From Dicyema japonicum (lineage: Eukaryota; Animalia; Dicyemida): DNA of 64,000 nucleotides. Shown in pieces: positions 49,328 through 62,179 of the stretch. A program made the position numbers and the translations under genes. Numbering within the stretch: position 1 is the first letter of the stretch; every line of letters starts with the position of its first letter. Below the pieces are notes generated by a model. The model was not told the DNA's origin. It worked only from the letters and a program-made list of their open reading frames with translations, and ran no database searches. The DNA is taken from contig RDEW01000027.1 in NCBI GenBank assembly GCA_011109175.1, positions 1-64,000 of the forward strand. Reading direction: 5' to 3'.

Positions 49328-49879
49328 TATTAAATTTTATTATTATTCGTAAGGTATTTTTCAATGATAGATTCTAAATTGTAGACTATTTAAAATTTGA
49401 AGACCATCAACTCAAAATTTAAAAACAAAAAGTTGTTTGCTCTGAACGGAATAATAGCTTTTATAGGGATTATATTCTCACCCTCTAAATTAATCTAATT
49501 CTTCTTCTGACATTACCCAATCTCCGATTGAGAAAATCTTCCTTATTTGAATTTCGTGTTCATTATCATCAACCTAGTCACTCCTTACTGCCTAAAATAT
49601 GTACATCTCCCTATTTGAAACTCTCTGATTTTTAAAGGTAAAAATCGACAGAATTTATTTCCAGTGGAGCATAGAAATTCTGGCCTCTCTCGTGAAAAAG
49701 ACTGAAATTAATTATCTAACCAGATTTTAATCGACAAATCAATAATTTGATGATTCACTCAATCACAAAAACTTAACCACCGTGGAAACGAGAATTCACA
49801 TTCAAAGTCGCAGATCTTTTATTCACAATTTAATAAAAATCCTGCAACTCTCCTGTCTAAAGTTCCGAAGGCGTTGAAA

Positions 49880-50750
49880 TTTCAATCTGAAGTGTCGTAT
49901 TCCACACAGACTCCAGACTCTCAAAACCATCTGCAAATTCACGATAGATTTATCCCTCTGTTCCATAGTTGTTACGTCATCCATCCTCTTGCCATCGCTA
50001 TCCCACCACAGCTGCATTGGTGTGCCAAGCAGACGTCAAGGTCATGCGGTCACGTCTGAGGGAATTGAATGCATTGGAGATATTTAGCTTCAGAAGTAGT
50101 TTGCCCTCTCAAGGATTACAGAAGGAGGCAAACAAACGTGTTGAATGACTGACGGTCTCACATTTTCAACGGCAATTGGACGAATACCACCGTCCGGTTT
50201 GCTAAATGCGTGTAAAGAGCATTGAAGAAAAGCTTCCTCGCGAAAAGGTCGATGACACCACTGATTGTCTGTCGACCGATTCTTGTAACAGATCTGATTA
50301 AGTTTATCCCTCCTCGGCAATGCTTCCATAGATGAGATCTTAAGAATCCAATACGCATTCATTATACAAAAAACTACATAAAAAAAATGGGGTTAAGCTA
50401 TTGGAAGACGCCCTCGACAACTAAAGGGCACGGCGATATTGGTTAGATGCCACCAGCAGATCTTCAAAAGACTTCTAGAATACAGTATCGTACAGACCCC
50501 GTTGAGAGAACATGGATAGTTGTTAAAACTGATAAGTACGGTTCCAGGCCTCACGAGAAGATATACCCCGCTGTTTAATGGAAGATCCCGTCAATCTGTG
50601 CTAGTTGGTCACATTGGGTGAAATAGGGAGCAGTCCTCGACATATGCAAACCTCTTTACGTTGAGGCTGTTCTTTAGGAGGAATAATGATGTATGCACGT
50701 CAATTAGACACAAGCGGTCTAGATCTCTCCAGTAACAGTCTTTTTTACCG
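49880..50750 (-). mobile_element. CRE-clade fragments with internal deletions
   Basis: LFLLKNSLNV, FSKPDGGIRPIAV, LDVCLAHQC.CG motifs. Confidence 0.7.
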
Positions 50751-50929
50751 TATAGCTCTCTCCCATTACATTGAGGAATATAAAGCCTTCATTTGGCTTG
50801 GAAATAGATGACACAGCATTTGAATACTTTTCATCTGAAAGTCCGAAATTTCAGATTTCGCATTTACTGTAATTTAATTCCAGTTCAGTTCCTGACAAAG
50901 CTCATCTTTTTCCTAATATTTATAGCCGC

Positions 50930-51500
50930 ATGTGGAGCAAATGAAGCAACTTCAGATGTCGATTTCTTCCACGCACCTCTGTTATTAGTTTTAACTCTAA
51001 TAAGTTCAGGTCGTCAGCGGATTTGTGTTTTAGTTTTACGTTTTTCGGGTCCTTTTTAATGACGACTGATAATGTTACCTTAGGCCATCTTGACAATCAT
51101 AGTAGTCTTTCATATCCCTTCGACGGGAATATTAATTCTATCCTCAGGATGAGCTCGAATAGTCTCCAGCGAGACATCATAACTTCCAGACTTATTGGCT
51201 TATATCAGCATTTCTTGTAAATTCCTTTGCATGAGATTTTTGTCTACCAGTCCATTCCTGTTATTTTTCTCATATGGTTCCTGTAAAACGAGTCCAGCCT
51301 ATCAACTTCCTCTTTTAGGTAGCTCAGGTTCCAGCGTATTATAGCAGAATTGGTTTAAGGGATTTGTATAGCATTATCTTACCTTTATGCTGATTCCTTT
51401 TCGTTTAAGCCATAAATTCTTTATTTTATGAATAGCTGAATTTTCCAAGGTTTTTCTTAGTAGAATATTCTCACTATCTCATAGAAGAGAACCGAGTTTG
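50930..51500 (-). mobile_element. RTE-like 3-prime remnant
   Basis: RLDSFYRNHMRKITG, SRWRLFELILR motifs. Confidence 0.65.
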
Positions 51501-51817
51501 TTGTTGTTACAATGTTCAATCAAAAAGATTATTCATCAAAAATATAAAGAAAAATATTTTTAGCATAAGAGACTAATCCTAGCCATCCCAATTCCCCCTG
51601 GACGGCATATCCTCTACGTTCGAGCATTTTTCTGGTGGAGACTCGTCATTTCTGGAGATAGATATGAGGACTTCTAAAGGAGCCGTGATCACCTGAATTT
51701 TTTCGTTTTGGTTATGACGATGGTTTTCTGGTTTAATAAATTTAATTAAATTAATTGAGGCATGTACGACAACTAAAAGCCCTACGATAAACAAGTCACA
51801 AAAAAACAAAAAAAAAC

Positions 51818-52814
51818 TCAAATAAAAGAAATAGCGGAAATAAATTCCAACAAGTCCAAATATATACGTCCATCACCACCATCAGAAACACTCATATTCC
51901 CATCACTGCTTATCGATACACCACCGATTTCCACTTCTTGCAGATTAAACCCCTAAATACAGCTAACTTCATACTTCCAAGCCAAACTCCGTCTCGGTTA
52001 TCGCCAGACCTACAACGGCGTTAAAAAATGTCAGCACAGTCTCAAGCTCCAGGAGACGCATCCCAGACTCATTCGGAACACATGTGTCCTTCCATAAATC
52101 TGCCAGTTGACGGGTACTCAAAATTCCAGTCGTCTCAGCGAGCTTTCCGGAACAGGTTTTCATGGCCAATTCAATCCTGTTGACACAGTCAAAAGATTCC
52201 TGTAAATAATGAACTCCAACAGTGAAGAGGTAGAACAAGTTAATTGAAGATATTTTCAGAAAAAACATGCAAGCCAGAAATGTGGTCTAATTCGTAAATT
52301 ATGCATACTTTCAACCATTTTGTGACAACAGTGCACATTATTTCGTCACCTTTGAGCAAAAGGAGAGGAAAAAAGAGAATTTGGGGGTTATTTGGATTTT
52401 TATTTCGCTTATTTGAGTACATCAAGGCTGTCGCGATCATGTTTTTTGAATCCTCGTTCGTTACCTCGACTTTTATCTCAAGGAAAGCAACACTTTCATG
52501 CTCGGTGTAGTTAATTTGAACAGTTGGAAGACAAATTTCAACTTTTTTGGAATAATGATCCATTAAATTTGTCAAAAAAGAATAAATATCAAATTTTAGG
52601 GAGTTTTCAAGCGCTTTTATTTTGCTGGTAAGGCTTCCTCCGACACAAATCAGATGGGAAAGTGAGTATAATTGCCAATCTCCAAGCAAACAATCTGCAC
52701 TACAGTTGGAAGCAATTTCTGAGTTATTTTAAATTCAAAAATACCATTTAATGCCCATTCCTCGATTATTTTGTAATAATTGGTATTAGGAACACATCGG
52801 AACGAAATAACCAT
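51818..52814 (-). CDS. CENPL: Centromere protein L
   Basis: GDWQLYSLSHL, FFPLLLLKGDEIMCTVVTKWLK, RQLADLWK, FFNAVVGLAI, EVEIGGVSISSDGNM follow the CENP-L pattern; four 21-26 nt introns. Confidence 0.75.
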
Positions 52815-53199
52815 GTAATTTAAATAGCCTGGGTATCTTATTTTAATATTAAATAAATTTTTTATTAATTAATATTCAATCTTTTTTATTTTTAAGTAAC
52901 TTAACTTATATATATATACAAGAACGCAGTCGGAACACAGAGAAAAGATGCGGAGACTGTTGAGGGAGGCTAGGATCACCTGAATTTTGTTTATTTTGGA
53001 TATGACGGTGGATTTCTGGTTCAATAATAATTATATGAAACTCTTTGGCCTTCATAGTCAAACCCATCTCGCTTTGAAAGCCTCATTTATAATAATTTCT
53101 AATCAAGGGAAGATTAGTTCTAATATATTTTTTAGAATTTATTTATTTATTATAATGAAAAACCAAATATAAGAGAAACTTAATTATTTGATCACAACC

Positions 53200-54100
53200 C
53201 TTAAATTTTGGTGAGAGTACTTCCAGAGGATTGAAATCTTTTTGGATAAAATTTTGATATATCGGGCTCAGCTATTCTTGTAGTTCCGACTGGTCTTTGG
53301 TCTCCCTGAAGGGTCGACGAAAAGCTAGATGAAGATGAAAATTTGCTAGTAATGTTGATCAGAGATGCATCAGAAAAAAAGATGGAAATTTTTCTAAAAA
53401 AGATGCCATCATTGGCTTTTATGTTGCAGCACAGAATAAACGATAAGAAAGGTTTGAGAGCGCAGAGAAGTCCAAGCGTTTTCAGAACTTGCAGCATGAG
53501 GGCAACTAACTCCTTCTTTAATTTTCCTTGCTAATAAAGTTGCTAAAGTAGTTCCGACTTTAATTAAAGCGGATAAATTTTCATTAGTGAGTCTTGTTCT
53601 TTGAGCATTTTTTGTTATAATAAAATCTTGCAATGGTACCAGTTCGAGAATTTCTTCATAAATATTAAAATCTGAATCACATGCTCTAACAAAGAATGCT
53701 AATTGTGCAATTCCCACAACTGCTGTTTCATCTATGGANTGACTCTTATGTTGCAGCACAGAATAAACGATAAGAAAGGTTTGAGAGCGCAGAGAAGTCC
53801 AAGCGTTTTCAGAACTTGCAGCATGAGGGCAACTAACTTCTTCTTTAATTTTCCTTGCTAATAAAGTTGCTAAAGTAGTTCCGACTTTAATTAAAGCGGA
53901 TAAATTTTCATTAGTGAGTCTTGTTCTTTGAGCATTCTTTGTAATAATAAAATCTTGCAATGGTACCAGTTCGAGAATGTCTTCATAAATATTAAAATCT
54001 GAATCACATGCTCTAACAAAGAATGCTATTTGTTTAATTCCGACAACTGCTGTTTCATCCATGGCAATTGAAAAATAGTAGAATTTTAGCATTCAAAATA
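53200..54100 (-). mobile_element. hAT (SPIN/GTF2IRD2-like) transposase, internally deleted, with nested insertion
   Basis: FSIAMDET...QIAFFVR...EDILELVPL fused directly to TKNAQRTRLTNENLSALIKVGTT...PDI...KRFQS. A 257-bp insert sits at 53291-53547; the overlap duplication at N 53739 is an artefact. Confidence 0.75.
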
Positions 54101-54410
54101 AAATTGGTGTTCCAATTGAAATAGCGTCAGGAAACAGTCGGACAACATTCTAACCCAAAGTTATAGTGAATTCAAAATTGGTAGATCAAGAACGGAGGTA
54201 CAACAAATATAAAACTTTTGAAATAGTGATGTGACAAAGCTAAATCCATTTATGCTGACAAATAGAATTCATATTAAGGTATAGAATTATTAAGCTTAGC
54301 CTATTGGGAATGGGTCCTAACGATGATTTTTCTTCAAAACGAAAGAAATGGAGAAGATAAAAATAGAAATCGGTAGGGTCATTGATGAATGAAAAGATAT
54401 AAATGAAAAT

Positions 54411-54492
54411 GGCGATATGGCCGAGTGGTTAAGGCGGCGCACTCAAGATGCGTTGGACTATGTCCGCGTGGGTTCGAGTCCCACTGTCGCTA
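54411..54492 (+). tRNA. tRNA-Leu (CAA)
   Basis: Acceptor GGCGATA/TGTCGCT, D arm GCCGAGTGGTTAAGGC, anticodon stem GCGCA/TGCGT with loop CTCAAGA, long variable arm, T arm GTGGG-TTCGAGT-CCCAC; no intron. Confidence 0.95.
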
Positions 54493-55199
54493 TTTATTAT
54501 GTTTTTAAGTTCAATTTATAAATGTCTTAAATTATGTTATGATATCATATCAGCCTAAGTAGATTTTTAATTTAAATAATTTCCTTGCAAATCGTCAGGG
54601 GAATTGCATTCTCAATTATGAGAGCAGCCATTAGTTATCGACTGTTAGTTTTTGCGTTAAAAAAAATTGTTTTATTAAAAAATATTAAATTATTAACCCC
54701 AGTTTTGCTAATGTCCAGGACGCCCCAGAGATCCATTACTTTTACGCCCTGGTAGTTATGGGTAAGCAAAAAGATCCCAAACTACTTTTCAAGCCTGAAA
54801 CGGATATTGTCAAATTGTTAAAAAAGTTACTCTTTAACGGCCCTCGGAAGAGGCAGTTCTGAAGCCCATATTTGAGGAGGTCAGCTCTCTAGTGTCTTGT
54901 TCTCTTAAATGGTTCGTAAGGAATGGGTAGACACAAATCATGTATACTTTTGATCTGTTTTACAAGCATAGTGGAGTCCAATCATATTAACAAAAACTAT
55001 ACATTTTCCGATTTTGGACCAGAAAGTACCACGAAGAATCGATACTTTCCTAGTTCAAACACCAGATGTCCCCAGTGTAGGAAAGAAAACAGTGGACGTT
55101 CTAAAGGCTACCATAATAAAGAGCCCACACAAAATATTTTGAGCACTAAACATTAACTTAAAAAATAAGTAATTTATATCATAAATTAATAAATTTGTG

Positions 55200-56270
55200 C
55201 GTATGACTACCTCAATTAACCAACTTCATTAGAGATGATTTTTCAAACAAACCAAGGCATTTGAAAACAGTATTATGTTCCATTGACATTAACAAGGCCT
55301 TTGATTCTATTTCGAGAATAATATTATCAAAGAAAATTTTTTAGTCCAAGATCCCGTGGAAGCTTAAACTTTGGATAACAAATTTAAGTGGACGAAGGGG
55401 ACGTGTATGCCTCGGAGGACTGAAATCAGTATCACGTCTTCTCCCAAACGGTGTCCCCCAAAGATCTCCATTATCCCCCGCCTTATTCAATTTATACCTG
55501 GCAGACCTCCCGACACCGGAATCTAATAACAATGTTCTACTCTCATATGCGGACGACATTGTTTTGGCCTCGCGTGATCGGGATATCCAAAATGCTACAG
55601 AAAGATTACAAATTAACCTGGACCGACTCAACGCCTGGGTAATGAAGAACCGACTCACGGTAAATTTCAGAAAGTCGGTCATGTCTATGTTTACTTCGGA
55701 CAAAAGGTTGGGGAAGATGACTGTCAAGTTAAAATTGGACAACATTGAAATCCCCTTCACCAAATGTCAGATAATCCTGGGCGTGACACTGGATACACAC
55801 TTATGTTTGTCACCACATGTGGAGAACATTGTTCTGAAGTGCGAGAAGAGGATCAATGTATTAAAATGTTTATCTGGGATATGGAAGACAGGTACCCATC
55901 CAGTCTTGATGAACATTTACAAGCAATACATCGAACTATGCTTCTCGTACGCGTGTGCTTCGTGGGGACCTTCATTATCATGGACGAACACTAAGAAGAT
56001 TGAGGACGTTCAAAAGAAGGCTTTCAGAATGACGAGCGGTGGTCTTGTGGTAGACATAGAACCGGACCGACTACTCTGGAGGCCCTCATTAAACAAAACT
56101 CCGGCATGCGGGAAGGTGGCCTTGCAAATACAGTCAGCCGCCCTGTACGAGCTTGTGTGGGTACGAGGGAGGAGGATTTGGCGGAGCGCATCGGGATCAC
56201 GTGATAGCTAGTTTTGGTTTTACCGTAGTCTTAGGTGTTAAATAAAATAAATAAATGTCTGAGTCAGTCC
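55200..56270 (+). mobile_element. LINE-D RT and 3-prime end, young copy
   Basis: SIDINKAFDS, GVPQ, YADD, ILGVTLD, then tail; paralog of 36080-36790. Confidence 0.85.
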
Positions 56271-56879
56271 AAGTCGATTTGTTGCATAAGACAATTACAT
56301 GGATCTAAAATAGGTTAAAATTGATTTTTATAATATTAAGGTCAAAGAAGAAAGAGACCATAAGAGACTGGTCACAAAGTTAAATGAGGTCGAAAATATA
56401 ATATCTTAAGATTTTGTAAGTCAACTGAGGATTATGGATCATAAGAACTGGTACCCAAATTAGAAAATATCGAAAAACTGTTTTGGGGCGAAAGAGTCTT
56501 TGAGTCACAAAGGCTGGTACCCAAATTAAAAAATATCGAAAAACTGTTTTGGGGCGCTGTCTTATCCATTCTCTCAACCTTTGCGTTGGTTTCGAATGCA
56601 AAAAGATCACATTAATATAAGTTTAGTGACCTTAAGGTCCTGGAAACTGATGACAGTGTTGAAATTATGGCTCAAGCAAAACCCGATCTAGTCAGGGCAA
56701 CGTGAACGAGCTTTTAACGAGTTAACTAATGACCTTAAAATTGTATTGTCTGTGATTATAAATTTTTAAAGTCGCATGCCATTACGGTTACAGTGGTAAT
56801 TAAGGTCGGTCAGTGACGCTGTATTAACTTTTTATTTTTTTGTATTAACAGTAAAAATAATAAGAACCACTTCCCATTT

Positions 56880-57570
56880 TAGCTCTGACTATAAAACAGT
56901 TGGAAACTTATGTCAACTCGAACTGGTAAGATCCAGATGTGAATTTCAACTCCGTAGATCTGATTCCATGATTTCCTGATGTTAAGACTGTTCGGCGCAT
57001 CTACGATATGAACAGAATTCATGCGCAAGAATCCTCCGCCGTAAATTTGTTCAGTCGCATTAATCATAGTTCCAAAGCTTCCGGTTTGGATTTCCTTGTA
57101 AGAAGACTTCCTAAATAGTTTGGCCGCCTTTGATTGAAAGTTATAGATCTTGGTCAAATTCGTTGCGGTAAGGTTTGTCACCCAAGCAGGACATACTTCC
57201 TCGTACAAGCTGTTACTGCCTTTTCCTAATTGGGTTGAAAAGGTTAAGAAGGCATCGAAGGTAACTCCGAGAATCTTTTGGGTTTTGTTTTTCGGACAGT
57301 ATTCCCGTCTAACTTGATGTCAATTAATAGTTTCCCCAGTATTTTGTTTGACGTGAAAAGGGTAAAACTGACATGCCCGGGCTTGCTCTCAAATGATTTA
57401 TATAAAGCCACAAACTCAGATTATTCAGGCTGTCTGTAATGTTCGTGTCTCTTAGGATAAATCTCACATCCTTGAAAGGTCGATCGGATAAGATGGGTGA
57501 TAATAAGGAACCCTGAAAAACGCCATATTTTAATAACCTTACTGCAGAACATCGACTACCCTGGCATACT
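56880..57570 (-). mobile_element. LINE-D RT remnant
   Basis: YGVFQGSLLSPIL, QKILGVTFDAFL motifs. Confidence 0.7.
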
Positions 57571-57603
57571 CGTCTCGGTCGACCGCTTAATAAATATTGA
57601 GGC

Positions 57604-59366
57604 TTAAAAAAATTTATTTTTATTAGAATAAAAGATAAATATAAAATCACTAAAAAAGTTTATTTTTCTTGGAAGAAAACTTCATTTTAATTTTATCAGC
57701 AATTTTGTCGACTGACTCTTTTTGAGTAGCAACGTCAGCATTATCACCCATTTTGGATTTATAGGTAATGATATCATCACGAAGCACACTGTAAAACTGA
57801 GAGGACTTGAATTCATGAGAAGATATGTCGATATTGTATTTCGGATCACTGAAAAGAGACTGGAACCGAGGATCTCCGGTTATTTCGTCCTACAATAAAA
57901 GACCAACAATAACCTTCAGTTTGTCGATATTCTCGTCCACTTCCTCCTTTCCCCCTGAAAATAATCAAATCAGCACTCACTCTTTGACCGCTTATTTTTC
58001 CGTACTTTCACCTCATCCACAGAAGAGATCTCCTCTCCAGAATCCTCAAAGACAAGTTCTTTACCAACGTGATCTTAGAATGACGAAAACACAGACCTTT
58101 TGTGGTCTGCCCATTTTCACCAATTGATTCTCGGGTTTTGATGAGATTTTCGCAGTCCTCACTTTCAGAGTCCTCTCCGGAAGCTAGAATTAGAATAAGA
58201 GAAAACCAAAATGCCAGGAAAAGTCCATTTTTACAGGTTCTTTATATTTGAATTTATAATTTGAGTCCGGAGGATCCTCCCCCAGCAATAATTCCCGTTC
58301 TCTCCTAATTTCATTCTCACCAGCAGATTCTAACATAACAACATCCTAACAACCATCTGAAGACCGACTTCCAATCAATTCTCTAAAATTGGGTTCCTTC
58401 CCGTTGTTATCAGACTCAAGCAAGTGGAACGCTTTGAATAGAAGATCTTCTCTTTTAGCATCATTTCGATCCCAAAGAGGAACTTCCTAACATTAAGAGA
58501 ATCTGACCTTTGATTGGATCGACGACTTTGATGGCTTAGAAAGAAGGTAATCATCCAGTTTTTCGACAGATTCTGAACATGTATCAACGTGAGGTCCATC
58601 AAACTTTACCTCATCCTCAACAAATCTGAAATTGTCTACCAAAATACCTCAAATCTATGGTAAGGCCTGTCAGCTCCATTTCTTTACCATCACATTCTTC
58701 ATAGACTGCATTGGCACTATCAGGCGAGTCAAATTCGAGAATGGCATAATAGTAAAACAGCCTTTCTCGCTCATATCTCCGAAGTCTTTTATTGGCTTCC
58801 TTAGCTAGAAATCACCACAGCAAAATTTACAATTTGGCGCCCCTAAACCACTTTTATTGTCTTTTTCTTCTCTTTTTAATCCAAAATCTGATTTATAAAT
58901 CTAAATTTTAAATAATTTTGATTACATTCACACTGATCAGATTTCCCTCTTCAGGCAGGAATGACTTAAAAAGATTCATGCAGACTTTGGCGGTCACAAT
59001 ATCCCAGTCAACTCCACAAAGGGCCAGTCGACGAGTGGCTTCAGTCACTTTTTTAGTTGTGGCTTCTGTCGGTAGGTCAGAAATGGCAGAATCCTCAGAA
59101 CTGCAGGTTTGCTCATCTGGACTAGCATCACTCTCTGATGAAACGGCAGAAATGATGTCGTCTTGTATTTCGTAATATTTTTTGAGGTCATTAACATTCT
59201 CAGGTTGCAAAGTTTTCCCTCGACTATCGTATTTGGAAAAAGAATTGAATCTCTTGTCCTTTAGAGCTGACTTGAATCTCTTTTCTATCAAAATTTTCTT
59301 ATTCTTTTTAGATGTTGGCTTGAAGATTGGATCTGTAAAAACATGCTTGAATCTATCATCATCCAT
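57604..59366 (-). CDS. ESF1: Pre-rRNA processing protein ESF1
   Basis: DDRFKHVFTDPIF, RRLALCGVDWD, LRRYERERLFYYYAILEFDS, YEECDG, and NUC153 DPRFQSLFSDPKYNID. Many 21-26 nt introns; probable homopolymer frameshifts near the 3-prime end, so the end coordinate is approximate. Confidence 0.9.
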
Positions 59367-59519
59367 GTCGAACAGATTTTGTAAACACGTGCTTTTAAAG
59401 TTTTAAATTTCAAATATTTAAATTAATTTTATAATTTTAAAATTTAAATAATTAAATATTTTTATGCGAGAATTCTCGTAATAAAACTTATTTTATATGT
59501 GCAACTGTGGGAATGAGTC

Positions 59520-60100
59520 AGATATCAAGTTCTGTGTTCTGGTATTTATCGTCGTGTCAAAATGGATTTAGACGGGGGAGGTCAATCGCTGATATCTTCT
59601 GGAACTATCGTTGGCTTCACCTATATGTTTATAACGCAGAAAAATGATACAAATTCTGGGAGTTGACTTCGAGAACCATTTCGATTTTATTTTCGAAATA
59701 AACTATTGCCTGTTTCCGAGGACATTGTTAACGAAAACTGCCTAAGGATTATGTAATTTTTGCTTTCACTTACTTGTTTGTAACTGAAGGTAAGTAAAAG
59801 TTATTCGGAAACGTTCACAACCAATATTGGTATTTCTCAGGGTGACTCACTTTTGCCAATTCTCTTTGTAATTTATTTGGGAGGTGCTTTGGGGACGTTT
59901 GGAAAGAATTGGGTTACCTAAACGAACTTATAATCGCAGATATTTTGGATAGATGGTAATTGAAAATTAAGGAAAACCGAGGCGATGTCGATTGAACGGA
60001 TGCCTGAAAAGTGGAGGGCCGTTTAAAAAATAAAGCTCGACTCCGTCCTGGGAAATGCTGAAAAAATTTCTCTCAGCAAAATGCTAGGTGGGAAGCATTT
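59520..60100 (+). mobile_element. RTE-like RT remnant
   Basis: QNGFRRGRSIADIFW, IGISQGDSLLPILFVIYL motifs. Confidence 0.7.
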
Positions 60101-60975
60101 CTAGACACTGAACAGATTTATTTAGACAGGTTATAAGTACTACTGCTTATTACGTTTATATTTTGACGACTCAAATCAATATAAAGAGCTTCACAAGCGC
60201 AAAACACAGTGGGCATTACTTGTATATTGACATTTCCTAAATAACGTCGGAACCGTGAGTCTTCAAACCATACAGTGATTGTGTTCCTGATCTAGAAACG
60301 AGATTTTCACTCAAAACTCGATAGACAACGCTCATTCAGATTTAGAATGAGTAGCTTATCGACGAGTACAGATTCTANGCTTCACCAGCGCAAAACACAG
60401 TGGGCATTACCGACATTTCCTAAATAACGTCGAAACCATGGGTCTTCAAACCATACAGTGATTGTGTTCCTGATCTAAAAATGAGATTTTCACTCAAAAC
60501 TAGATAGACAACGCTCATTCAGATTTAGAATGAGTAGCTTATCGACGAGTACAGATTCTATCTTAATGTGATTTACCCAATTTTTTAAAAAAATGGCTAA
60601 ATATAATAGTCTTAAAGGTTTCGCAGAATTAACCTGTTAAGCGTCAGCAACGACAAGTGTAGTTTCTAAGAAATTTATCCTGAGCAAGGGGAATGTGATA
60701 TTTTGATGCACCAAGTGACTTTAGCGATTTTGAGGATGAAAGCGCTGGAAATCAGTGACGAATCATCCAGCGCGTTAAACAGAACTTCTAAAAAATATAA
60801 AATTCCACAATAACGTGACAATTTGGGGAAGACCAACTAAAGTAGGAAATTGATTTTATTCAGTATTGATTTGATAATGGAAAATCGCACATATCAAGTA
60901 CTTACTGAAATCTATCGATTTAATTTCAAAATTCACAAATAGCATATATAATTTTGACACGTGCAGGTTTTTGAA

Positions 60976-62016
60976 ATGAATGAAAGAATCACAATTAACG
61001 TAAGTGGGCGGAGATTTGAGATTCTCAAAAAATCCATAGATAAATTTCCAAATAGTTTGCTCGGGAATTTTGCTAAATCAGAAAAATACTTCGACAAGAA
61101 AAAAAATGAATACTTTTTTGATCGTCATCGCGACAGTTTTGAAGCAATCGCCGAATATTATCAAAATAACGGAAATTTGAAAAAGCCAGATGACGTCTCA
61201 TTCGACATTTTCTCACGAGAAGTGATCTTCTTTGGAATAAATGAAGTCGATATTACCAAACTGTATTTAAATGAGGGAATATGTCCTTATAATCCCATTA
61301 AAAACCCAATCTTTCCAAAAAACAAGTTTTTGAAAGCGGTTTGGATTACAATAGAATACCCTGATTTTTCGTTGATCGGATATTTCTTCAAAATAGTCTC
61401 TATTTTAATTACCATGCTGTCTTTCGTAAATTTATGTTTACGATCTATTCCAAAATATGCCCAATCCAAAGAAAACATTAAAATAATCGACTTTATATTT
61501 ATAATTGAAGCATTCTGCTCAGGGTTTTTTGCATTTGAAGTAATTGTTCGGCTTATAGCCTGTCCGAATTTTGTCCCAATATTGACTAGTTTTGTGTTTT
61601 TTATTGACGTTTTGACTATGATTCCGTTTTATTTACAGATTTTAATCCAAATGTTACATAACCGAGGATATTTGTCTTATCAACCATTCGCTGCGATCAT
61701 CCGAATTCTCCTATTAATTCAAATTACCCGAGTTTTGAAGCTGGCAAGGTATTTTAAAATTTTCAAATTGTTGAAACACACTTTTCATGCGTCAATCAAG
61801 GAATTATCTTACGTCCTCATATATTTTGTAATCGGCGTGATATTTTTTTCCTCGTTCATTTATTTCGTTGAGTCTGGGTTTGATAGTATTCCGGCAGGTT
61901 TTTGGTGGGCCGTGATTACAATGACCACTATTGGATATGGAGATATGAAGCCAAGAGGAATATACGGAAAGATAGCAGGTACAATGTGCGCCATTTCAGG
62001 AATACTCATAATTTCN
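60976..62016 (+). CDS. KCNA: Voltage-gated K+ channel, Kv1/Shaker family (C-terminus cut at the N gap)
   Basis: T1 domain (ERITINVSGRRFE, NEYFFDRH), S1-S6, pore FWWAVITMTTIGYGDM; uninterrupted ORF; sequence breaks at N 62016 just before the S6 PVP motif. Confidence 0.92.
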
Positions 62017-62179
62017 CGAAAGGAGAAATATCGACTGTATTAATGAGTAGACTAAAAAAAGTTACTTAAATTTAATTTTTTGTGGTTAATAAATCATTTA
62101 TAAAATTAATTGAAGTTAATCTTGGTTCAAGGTTAATGTAACAGGCTGCCCATTGGCCCATGTGACATAATATGTAATC

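Noticed and set aside
51579-51821. Short ORFs such as 51579-51821, 41818-42171 and 37854-38036
   Set aside because: These are incidental frames over LINE tails or SINE copies.
53409-54092. 227-aa ORF with an apparent internal domain repeat
   Set aside because: The repeat is produced by the overlap at N 53739.
60625-60790. TTAA-CCTG start and acidic stretch, suggesting a piggyBac end
   Set aside because: No partner TIR or transposase motif found.
62016-62043. Kv1 appearing to end before the S6 PVP motif
   Set aside because: The truncation coincides exactly with an N, so it is an assembly break.
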